Part shown: in pieces, positions 45,106 through 52,478 of the stretch
How the letters are laid out: every line of letters begins with the position of its first letter
How positions within the stretch are numbered: the first letter of the stretch is position 1
Program-made: the position numbers and the translations under genes
The notes under the pieces: generated by a model
What the model was told of the DNA's origin: nothing
The model's database searches: none
The model's input: the letters and a program-made list of their open reading frames with translations, nothing else
DNA from: an uncultured Dehalococcoidaceae bacterium
GTDB lineage: Bacteria; Chloroflexota; Dehalococcoidia; Dehalococcoidales; RBG-16-60-22
Assembly (NCBI GenBank): GCA_964589285.1
Contig: CAZPSP010000001.1
Location: 1-52,478, forward strand
DNA: 52,478 nt
Direction of reading: 5' to 3'

Positions 45106-46800
45106 ATGAACAATAAACCAAGTAAAAGCGCCGCATCATTCCAGGGACTGGAAAACGCCGATATCAGGAACGTCGTGAAGTCCATGGGCTACACGGATGA
45201 CGATCTCTCGTCAGGCCGTCCGGTCATCGGCATTGCCAACTCATGGAACACCCTGATACCCGGCCATTTCAACTTCCGGGAGATCAGCGAACAGGTGAAG
45301 AAAGGTATCCACCGCGCCGGGGGTACGGTCTTCGAGTTCGGCACCATCGGCCTGTGCGACGCCATCTGCAAGGAGAACTTCAACTACGTTCTCCCCTCAC
45401 GTGAGATAATTTGCGATTCAATCGAGGCCATGGCCGGGGCGAACCCTCTGGACGGCCTCGTCCTGCTGGCCTCCTGCGACAAGATCGTGCCGGGCATGCT
45501 CATGGCCGCCGCCCGCTTGAATGTACCCGCGATTCTCGTCAACAGCGGTCCCATGCTGGGCGGACCGCCATTTTCCGGGCGCAAAGCCGATTCCACCTCC
45601 GTCTCCGAGGCCCTGGGCATGTACAAGGCCGGCAACCTGTCCCTGGATGAATACCGTGACATAGAAGACCTGTCCTGTCCCACGTGCGGCTCCTGCTCCT
45701 TCATGGGCACCGCCAACACCATGTGCTGCCTTGCCGAGGCCATGGGCATGACGCTGACGGACAGCGCATCGATACCCGTCGTCTATGCGGAACGGCTCCG
45801 GATAGCCGAGAGGGCGGGAGAGGCTATCTGTCATCTCGTGAAAAACGGCATTACCGCCAAGCAGATCATCGATAAACGGTCCCTGGAAAATGCCGTCCGC
45901 GTTTGCCTGGCCATCGGCGGTTCCACCAACGCCGTTCTCCATCTGACCGCTATCGCCTACGAGGCCGAGGCGGACATCGATATCCTGGACACCTTCGACA
46001 AGTTCAGCAAGACCACACCGACGATTGCTAGAGTTTATCCCGCCGGCAGCGCAGACATGGAAGACCTGTGGAAAGCCGGCGGTATTCCGCGGGTTATCTC
46101 TAACCTCCGAAGCTTGCTGGACATGGACGTTATGACCTGCACCGGCCGGACGATGCGGGAGAACATCGATACCTTCCATTACCGGTTCCCGGAGAACCCG
46201 GAAGTCATTCGTACCGTCGATGACCCCTTCGCCATGTCGGGCGGGCTTGCCGTGATACGGGGCAACCTGGCGCCTGATACCGGTATCAGCAAGCCGGCCG
46301 CCATCGATCCCGAGGTCAGGAAGTTCACCGGGACGGCCGTGGTGTTCGATTCCGAGGAAGACGCCAACCGGGCCATCCTCGACGGCAAGGTCAAAGCCGG
46401 CAACGTAGTCGTTATCCGCTACGAAGGCCCCAAGGGCGGGCCGGGCATGGTGGAAATGTACCGCGCCCTGAAATACCTGCACGGCCTCGGCCTGCACAAG
46501 TCCACCGCCGTGATTACGGACGGGCGTTTCTCCGGCACGAACAACGGCTGCTTCGTGGGGCACATCTCGCCGGAAGCGTTCGAAGGCGGGCCGCTGGCCG
46601 TAGTCGAGAACGGCGATACCATCACGATAGACGTACTGGAAAGCTCCATCCATCTGCACGTTCCGGACGAAGAACTGACCCAACGCCTGAAAGCCTGGCG
46701 GCAGCCGCCGCTCAAGGTCAAGAAAGGTTATCTTGCCCTCTATTCCCGGCTGGCAAGCTCTGCCGACAAGGGCGCGATCATCCGTTACCCGGATGCATAA
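45106..46800 (+). CDS. IlvD/Edd family dehydratase (dihydroxy-acid or sugar-acid dehydratase)
   Basis: Motifs SCDKIVPGM, CPTCGSCSFMGTANTM, GGSTNAVLH and TDGRFSG. 564 aa. An AGAGG SD lies upstream. Confidence 0.9.
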   Translation: MNNKPSKSAASFQGLENADIRNVVKSMGYTDDDLSSGRPVIGIANSWNTLIPGHFNFREISEQVKKGIHRAGGTVFEFGTIGLCDAICKENFNYVLPSREIICDSIEAMAGANPLDGLVLLASCDKIVPGMLMAAARLNVPAILVNSGPMLGGPPFSGRKADSTSVSEALGMYKAGNLSLDEYRDIEDLSCPTCGSCSFMGTANTMCCLAEAMGMTLTDSASIPVVYAERLRIAERAGEAICHLVKNGITAKQIIDKRSLENAVRVCLAIGGSTNAVLHLTAIAYEAEADIDILDTFDKFSKTTPTIARVYPAGSADMEDLWKAGGIPRVISNLRSLLDMDVMTCTGRTMRENIDTFHYRFPENPEVIRTVDDPFAMSGGLAVIRGNLAPDTGISKPAAIDPEVRKFTGTAVVFDSEEDANRAILDGKVKAGNVVVIRYEGPKGGPGMVEMYRALKYLHGLGLHKSTAVITDGRFSGTNNGCFVGHISPEAFEGGPLAVVENGDTITIDVLESSIHLHVPDEELTQRLKAWRQPPLKVKKGYLALYSRLASSADKGAIIRYPDA

Positions 46801-46825
46801 TTTCCAGGATTGTTCGACATCCAAT

Positions 46826-46852
46826 CTCGTCCTTCGACAGGCTCAGGACGAG
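46826..46852. terminator. weak hairpin between convergent genes (CTCGTCCT-11 nt-AGGACGAG)
   Basis: 8-bp stem with no U-tract. It is the only structure in the 64-bp convergent spacer. Confidence 0.3.
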
Positions 46853-46864
46853 CGTTGATGGTGG

Positions 46865-47797
46865 CTATTCCCAGTCCGGCGGGCCTACCTGCTTCTGCTG
46901 GTCGTAGATATCGTTGTAGATGACCTTCCCGAAGTTCATATACGTGTCCCAGCGAGGGTGCCGGGGTTCGTCCGGGCAGGCGCGCATAATAGCGTCGTGG
47001 CGGGCGGCATAACCGGCCTTCCATTCCGGGTGGGTCATGATATAAAGATCATTGTTGCGGATGCCCCGCAGGACGCGCTCGCCGGTCTCGAGCGGATCCA
47101 TGGCGATGTCCTTCACCGGGGGGCGTTTCCGCTGCCCGCCGTCCTTCGGTGGTGGCGGCGGCCAGACTTCACCCTCGTTGCGCAGGTGTTCCGGCCGGTT
47201 CTCGAATGTCGACCTTCCCAGGTCCGTCGCGGTCAGCCCCGGGACCAGGATGGAAACGCCGATGTTCTTTGGTTTGAGTTCACCGGCAATGCTCTCCATG
47301 AGACCGCACACGGCGTACTTGGTGGTGCAGTAGATAGCCATATTGTCCGTACCCATCAGACCGCAGGTGGAAGAGGTGCTGACGATGTGCCCGCCTTCTC
47401 CATGTCTGATGATACGGGGCAGGATGGTCATGACGCCGTTGATGACGCCCCAGAGATTAACGTTGATGCCGTACTCCCAGTCCTTATAGTTGATCTTGTC
47501 GATCGGGCCGCCGCAGCCGATGCCCGCATTGTTGACGAGCACATGTATCTTACCGTAGACCTTTTCGGCCTCGTCGGCGGCGCGTACGTAGGCATCGCGG
47601 TCGGTCACGTCCAGATTGATGGGGTACACGTCCCCGCCGTTCTCCCTGAACCAGTCCATCGCTTCATCCAGCGCGTATTGCCGCATATCGACGATGACCA
47701 CTTTCATCTTGTGTTTCGCGAACACTTTGGCGATACCAAGACCGATGCCGCTGGCGCCGCCGGTGATGAACGCGACTTTTCCTTCGAACTTTTCCAT
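46865..47797 (-). CDS. SDR family oxidoreductase (310 aa, extended C-terminus)
   Basis: The track ORF was trimmed to the ATG at 47797, which has an AGGAG SD. It lies 17 nt after the upstream stop. Motifs: VAFITGGASGIGLG and NNAG, and the catalytic YCTTK. Confidence 0.88.
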   Translation of the reverse strand: MEKFEGKVAFITGGASGIGLGIAKVFAKHKMKVVIVDMRQYALDEAMDWFRENGGDVYPINLDVTDRDAYVRAADEAEKVYGKIHVLVNNAGIGCGGPIDKINYKDWEYGINVNLWGVINGVMTILPRIIRHGEGGHIVSTSSTCGLMGTDNMAIYCTTKYAVCGLMESIAGELKPKNIGVSILVPGLTATDLGRSTFENRPEHLRNEGEVWPPPPPKDGGQRKRPPVKDIAMDPLETGERVLRGIRNNDLYIMTHPEWKAGYAARHDAIMRACPDEPRHPRWDTYMNFGKVIYNDIYDQQKQVGPPDWE

Positions 47798-47814
47798 TCT
47801 GCGTCTCCTTCGTC

Positions 47815-49509
47815 CTAATGCGAGATACCGCACGAGCCGTCAGCGCAGGCGATTCCCCCCGGCATACGCAGCGGCCGTTCATCCTTGCGGATGCCGCCTT
47901 TCGGTATCCATGGGTCGACAAGGACCGTCTGGAAATAGGTAAAATCGGTGGTTATCCATAGCGGATTGGTTTCCCCGCCAACGACCACGAAATTGACCAT
48001 GTCCGGGTTCTTGACCGGGAAGTCGGTCCTCTCCATAAGCCATTCGCTCAGTTTGCGCGGGTCATCGAAGCCTTCTTCGCGCTTGAGGCTCTTGGCGACG
48101 AGGGGGTCGATGACGAAGGTATACGAGCCGCCGAACGGTCCCGACGGTTTCATCTTTTCCAGCATCTGCTGAGACAGCCCGAAGCCGAGGTTCTGCATGT
48201 TCCAGCCCCTGAACAGACTCACCGTGCTCTGCTCCTTCTGGTATCCCTTCCGCACGTGGAACGGCTCCCAGGGGCTGTTCTCCTCATTTTCCGCGCAGCA
48301 CATGTTGTTGTAGTTGAGGTTATGTCCGGTACTGGCCGTGAACGTCGCTCCGAGCCTGGCGTCCCCCAGGTTGATACTCATCAGCGTCCATGCCCGCCCG
48401 ATGACTGAATTGGCGTAGTTGAACGGACTCAATGCCGCCCGGCCGCAATTCATGCCGCATTCGTTCCGAACCGGTCCGTTGACCACCATCATGCTGGCGA
48501 AGGAAGTGGTCGAGCTGGGCATGGACGGTCTCCCGGAAGCACCCAGCGCCAGGATGACCGGGAAGTGCTCCGGTCTCGCCCCGGCCATAACGGCGATGAC
48601 TGCTACCTTTTCCACGTTGTACTTGAGCCGTTCCTCGTGGGTGGTGACCGACATCATCCCGACATACTCGTCCGGCGCCCGTCCGGTACCGGTCAGCATC
48701 TCTGCTACACGTTCCTCGGTCGGCAGGACGATGGGCAGGCCGTCCGTCCAGCCGTTCTCCAGGAAGAGCCGGTGTAGTTCTTCCTCGGTGGCCGGTTCGA
48801 GCAGTCTCGGCCGCTGCGGCCTCTTGATCACTTTAGGATGGAGTTCCGCCTCGGTCAGCGGGCTGGTAAGAGCGTGGAAGATCTCGTCGAGCAGAGGCGC
48901 CCCGGAGACCGGGTCTTTGCCGGTGATGTATTCCCTTACGACCTCTCGTGGAATATAGCCCACCGGGTAAGGCGGGAAGGTCCAGCGCAGGTTCATGCCG
49001 TGGCTGCGGCCGTCACGCTGAACGTAATCAGCGAACATGGCGGTCACGATGGGGGCCGTGGGTATGCCATAGTCATGCTCAAGCGTCCGGGCAAATTCGG
49101 CGACACTCGCCGAACAGCCGTCTCAGCCACCCACACCAAGAATGGCGGCGTCACCGTTAGCCTTGATCTCTTTCCAGAGTTCCGGCTCGTCCGTGAACAT
49201 GCTCGTTTTCTTATGGCGCAGCACCGTTTTGATCTCCGGCCGGTTCCGGTTCAGCCAGTCCTGGAGTTCCTCCATAAACTCCTTGCTGCCGGCAAATCCC
49301 GTATTAACGAGGTACACGGTCTTGCCTTCCAGCGTATCCAAACGCGAGGCCATCTTCAGCGATTCCAGTGTCTCCTCGAACTGTCTCGGCTGGTATTCGG
49401 GGTCGTGGATCGCCCGGGGCGATGAATCGGGATCGAGACGGCGCCCGAAGATACCGCTGGGCTGTCCTACCGGGTCCAGGACCGTCAGTTTGGCACCTTT
49501 TCTTGGCAT
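47815..49509 (-). CDS. predicted selenoprotein, 564 codons with in-frame UGA (Sec129) at 49125-49123; U-x-x-C motif; function unknown
   Basis: Track ORFs 49123..49509 and 47815..49047 are in the same frame. The 75 nt between them are stop-free (DGCSASVAEFARTLEHDYGIPTAPI). The only good SD (AGGAG) is at the upstream ATG at 49509, and there is none before the downstream ORF. A SECIS-like hairpin follows the UGA. Confidence 0.7.
49090..49119 (-). promoter_or_regulatory. SECIS-like recoding stem-loop 3 nt downstream of the in-frame UGA
   Basis: mRNA sense: GGC-UG-UUCGGCG-AGUGU-CGCCGAA-UUU-GCC. This gives a 7-bp upper stem (8 bp with A-U closure), a 3-bp lower stem and G/U residues in the apical loop. 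The loop starts 16 nt after the UGA. Confidence 0.6.
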
Positions 49510-49620
49510 TTTACTCTCCTGACAAATTTATATCGTTTATGATAGTTCCTCTTTTGCTTTCGCAAAATACTAATCCAACCGCAGGTAAATTTCAAGTCCT
49601 ACCCGTCTCAACGGGCAGTT

Positions 49621-49649
49621 TTGCATCATTCGCTCCACGGCTGTACAAT
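49621..49649 (+). promoter_or_regulatory. candidate promoter TTGCAT-17 nt-TACAAT for the E1 alpha/beta genes
   Basis: -35 at 49621-49626 and -10 at 49644-49649, about 50 nt upstream of the ATG at 49701. Confidence 0.45.
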
Positions 49650-49700
49650 CAGGTAATCAGCGTAAGCACATTATCCGAGACCTACCCCCGGAGGAGACGC

Positions 49701-50669
49701 ATGACAATTGCCAACGAGACCATGATTGATTTATACCAGACGATGTTGACCATCCGTCGCTTCGAGGAACGCTGTATTGAAGACTTCGAGAGCGGCACCA
49801 TCCCCGGCCTGATCCACTCTTACATCGGCGAAGAAGCCATTGCCACCGGGGTTTGCGCCCATCTGAGAAAGGATGACCGCATCGTCAGTTACCACCGCGG
49901 GCACGGCCATACCATCGCCAAGGGGGCGGACCTCAACCGCATGATGGCGGAAGTGTACGGAAGAACGACCGGCTACTGTAAGGGCAAAGGAGGCTCGATG
50001 CATGTAGCAGACTTCGATATCGGCATGCTGGGCGCCAACGGCATCGTGGGCGGGGGCATACCCATCGGCGCCGGGGCAGCGATCGCCACCCAACTGGAGG
50101 GAGGAGACAAAATAGCCGTGCTCTTCTTCGGAGACGGCGCTACCAATGAGGGCGAGTTCCACGAAGTACTCAATCTGGCTTCCATCTGGAAACTGCCGCT
50201 GCTCTTCGCCTGCGAGAACAACGGCTGGGGCGTGAACACGCCGGTCAAGTACGCCACGGGCCTGGACCATATCTCGGACCGCGCAACCGGCGGCTACGGC
50301 ATCCCGAGTACGGTTGTGGACGGCAACGACGTCCGCGCCGTTTATGAAGCTACGAAAAAGGCCGTCGACCACGTGCGCACCCACGCCGGTCCGTACTTCA
50401 TGGAATATATTACCTACCGCTGGCGCGCCCATTATGAAGGACCGGGCATGCCGGACCTCCGCCCGGAGGAACTGCTCACCGAATGGCAGAAACGCTGTCC
50501 GGTGAAGTGTTTTGAGGATGTCCTCCTTAATGAAGGCGTCGTCACCCGCGCAGACCTGGATGAAATGAATGAGGCTGTCATGGCGCGTATCGAAGAAGCC
50601 GTCAGGTTCGCCAGCGAAAGCTTGTGGCCGGCCCCGGAAGATGCTTTACAGGATGTCTATTCACCGTAA
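49701..50669 (+). CDS. thiamine-diphosphate-dependent 2-oxoacid/acetoin dehydrogenase E1 alpha subunit
   Basis: The track ORF was trimmed to the ATG at 49701, which has a GGAGGAG SD. MLTIRRFEE...HSYIGEEA...YHRGHGH, and the TPP motif GDGATNEGEFHE...NNGWG. Confidence 0.9.
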   Translation: MTIANETMIDLYQTMLTIRRFEERCIEDFESGTIPGLIHSYIGEEAIATGVCAHLRKDDRIVSYHRGHGHTIAKGADLNRMMAEVYGRTTGYCKGKGGSMHVADFDIGMLGANGIVGGGIPIGAGAAIATQLEGGDKIAVLFFGDGATNEGEFHEVLNLASIWKLPLLFACENNGWGVNTPVKYATGLDHISDRATGGYGIPSTVVDGNDVRAVYEATKKAVDHVRTHAGPYFMEYITYRWRAHYEGPGMPDLRPEELLTEWQKRCPVKCFEDVLLNEGVVTRADLDEMNEAVMARIEEAVRFASESLWPAPEDALQDVYSP

Positions 50670-50692
50670 AAGTACCGAGGAATGAGAATAAG

Positions 50693-51646
50693 ATGAGAAA
50701 GATCAGTTATGCACGGGCTGCTTCTGAAGCCCTGATGGAAGAGTTCCGGCGCGATCCCAAAACGCTCCATCTGGCTACGGATATGGAGCAGGAACTGCTC
50801 GATGAGTTCGGTCCGGACCGCATTCGTCAGCTCCCCATCGCGGAAAGTTCCTTCGTGGGGGCGGCTATCGGCCTGGCCGGTTCCGGCTTCCGGCCGGTGG
50901 TGAACGTGCGCATGGCCACCTTCGCCTTCGTCGCCATGGACCAGTTCGTCAACCAGGCGGCCAAGATAACCTACATGTTCGGCGGTCAACGGAGCTTCCC
51001 CATCCTTTACCGGATGACCGTCGGGGCCAGCAAATCCTTCGCCGCGCAGCACTCGATAAACCCCTATTCCATGTACATGAACGTACCGGGCCTCAAACTC
51101 ATCCTTCCGGCCACGCCGTATGATATCAAAGGACTGCTGAAGACGGCCATTCGCGACAACAACCCGGTCATCAGCTTCGAACACGTCGGCCTCGGGGACA
51201 TCGAAGGAGAAGTACCGGAAGACGACTACACCATACCCTTCGGGCAGGCCTTTGTCCGCCGCGAGGGTGAGGACGTTACGGTGGTAGCCTTGGCGAAGAT
51301 GATGCACGAAGCCCTGGCCGTCGCCGGTGAACTGGAAAAAGAAGGTATTTCAATGGAGATCATCGACCCCCGCACCCTGGTCCCGCTGGATACGGATACG
51401 ATCAAGGACTCAGTCAGGAAGACCGGCCGTCTGGTCGTTATCGATGAGGCATGCCTGACCTGCAGTGCCGCCGCAGAGATAACAGCGCGTATCGTGGAAG
51501 ACCCGGACGTTTTCAGCCATTTAAAATCTCCTCCCCGGCGCGTGTGCGGCCTGGACGTGCCGATTCCCTACAGCCCGCCGATGGAACGTTTTGCCCTCCC
51601 CGGCCGCGATGATATCCGGGCTGCTGTAAAGAGCATTGTGAGGTGA
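50693..51646 (+). CDS. 2-oxoacid/acetoin dehydrogenase E1 beta subunit (transketolase-like)
   Basis: The track ORF was trimmed to the ATG at 50693, which has a GAGGAA SD. Typical E1-beta pattern: ISYARAASEALMEEF...PIAESSFVGAAIGLA...IDPRTLVPLD. Confidence 0.9.
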   Translation: MRKISYARAASEALMEEFRRDPKTLHLATDMEQELLDEFGPDRIRQLPIAESSFVGAAIGLAGSGFRPVVNVRMATFAFVAMDQFVNQAAKITYMFGGQRSFPILYRMTVGASKSFAAQHSINPYSMYMNVPGLKLILPATPYDIKGLLKTAIRDNNPVISFEHVGLGDIEGEVPEDDYTIPFGQAFVRREGEDVTVVALAKMMHEALAVAGELEKEGISMEIIDPRTLVPLDTDTIKDSVRKTGRLVVIDEACLTCSAAAEITARIVEDPDVFSHLKSPPRRVCGLDVPIPYSPPMERFALPGRDDIRAAVKSIVR

Positions 51647-51992
51647 GGACCAGGCGAATATTATAATGACGAAGCTGCCTCGACAGTATTCGAGTATATG
51701 TTCTATCACTGGTGACAGCACAAGTAGCGGGAGGTGATGACTTGCTTTTAACTAGAGAATGTCACTGCCACCAGAATCGTACCAGAGCCCGGTTCACCTA
51801 CCGTGATAACCAGAGAAGATTAGTGATCTACCTTTTGACTGCCAGGCTCGAATCTTTAGCTTCCTGAAGCTAAACGTATGTTTCTGTTGTTTCCATTTTG
51901 AGCGTAATATTCCATTATCTCCGATTATAGTTAAAAATAATTAGTAGCAAATTTGAAGCAATATAACCCACTAAAAGTATCAAGATTCGCAA

Positions 51993-52478
51993 CTAAAGAT
52001 GCCGGAATAAACCTTCCACATTAATCGGATCGAGACGCTCGATCATCGGCATTAGCAAGTCAGCATCTTGCTCCATGAGCACGATAAGAGCTACTTTTGC
52101 GGGATACTCCTCAATCATCAGAGGATTAGCGATAGCCGTCAGCCCGTCTCCCATTTCATCATCGAGTACGGTAATATGCCTGGCGAGGTGCGGCTTTCCT
52201 TCTTTGATAGCCATATCCACGAGCGATCCCGGCTCGATTTTGCGTCCCTTCCTCGGGAAGAAACCGTTGAGGCCATAAACGTTAGCCTCTGGGTCTTGCT
52301 CATTGTTGCTGCTGGTCCAGTAGGTCACCTGCCACCCATCATCATCACCACCGGTAGGCTCATAGAGAGCCCCGTAGAAAAAGAGCTTCCCCTTCAGAGC
52401 TTCGCCGAGCCTCAATAAAACCTGCGAGCAGCTTTTCGAGTAATGGTTGGCCAGTTCGATTATATCGAAGCCGGTTTC
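51993..52478 (-). CDS. hypothetical protein, partial (N-terminus beyond the right edge)
   Basis: The track ORF 51993..52415 starts at a TTG, but my translation shows the frame stays open to 52478 (ETGFDIIELANHYSKSCSQVLLRLGEA...). GC looks lower than in the rest of the window. No family recognised. Confidence 0.55.
   Translation of the reverse strand, partial: ETGFDIIELANHYSKSCSQVLLRLGEALKGKLFFYGALYEPTGGDDDGWQVTYWTSSNNEQDPEANVYGLNGFFPRKGRKIEPGSLVDMAIKEGKPHLARHITVLDDEMGDGLTAIANPLMIEEYPAKVALIVLMEQDADLLMPMIERLDPINVEGLFRHL

Noticed and set aside
47815-49047. Annotating 47815..49047 and 49123..49509 as two independent genes
   Set aside because: They share a frame and the 75-nt gap has no stop. 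The downstream ORF has no SD or plausible start context. A hairpin sits at SECIS distance, and read-through gives a U-x-x-C motif. The single selenoprotein model explains more, although a pseudogene or sequencing error cannot be fully excluded.
1-52478. CRISPR arrays, IS elements or transposases, integrases, tRNA/rRNA genes, toxin-antitoxin or known defence systems
   Set aside because: I scanned the intergenic regions and ORF translations and found no repeat-spacer arrays, no DDE/recombinase motifs and no cloverleaf-like sequences. Nothing supports such calls.

Overview
This is a GC-rich, densely coding bacterial chromosomal window. I saw no rRNA, tRNA, CRISPR array, transposase or integrase. 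All family assignments come from motifs read by eye in the supplied translations, because no database search was possible. CDS coordinates include the stop codon, as in the ORF track. Several track ORFs were trimmed to internal starts that have a Shine-Dalgarno (SD) sequence.

Layout:
(1) 1-3770: a partial cupin-like gene, an uncharacterised Cys-tailed protein, and a NitT/TauT-type ABC importer (ATPase, permease, lipoprotein binding protein).
(2) 3884-13673, minus strand: one type IV pilus operon in the order pilB, pilC, pilO-like, pilM-pilN fusion, pilT, two prepilins, and a 775-aa PilX-like giant. No secretin or prepilin peptidase lies in the window.
(3) 13949-19335: a FecR-domain membrane protein, a membrane GAF-GGDEF-HD-GYP c-di-GMP enzyme, and an MFS transporter behind a long leader.
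(4) 19784-51646: a regulator-poor oxidoreductase and transport island. It holds two paralogous FAD-oxidoreductase pairs (only one with a CCG-type Fe-S subunit), a metallophosphoesterase, a DUF1295-like membrane protein, a cupin, a type-B carboxylesterase, a TRAP transporter, a wHTH/4Fe-4S protein, an FAD flavoprotein, a Zn-ADH, two SDRs, a three-subunit molybdenum hydroxylase, an IlvD/Edd dehydratase, and an orphan TPP-dependent E1 alpha/beta pair.
(5) 51647-52478: an AT-rich break followed by a partial lower-GC gene.

Main finding: two tracked minus-strand ORFs (49123..49509 and 47815..49047) are in the same frame and are separated only by a TGA. A SECIS-like hairpin follows that TGA, and reading through it gives a U-x-x-C motif. 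This predicts one 564-codon selenoprotein of unknown function.

Second finding: the FAD subunit of the Mo-hydroxylase carries a nested GltD-like Fe-S/NAD(P)H module of about 450 aa.
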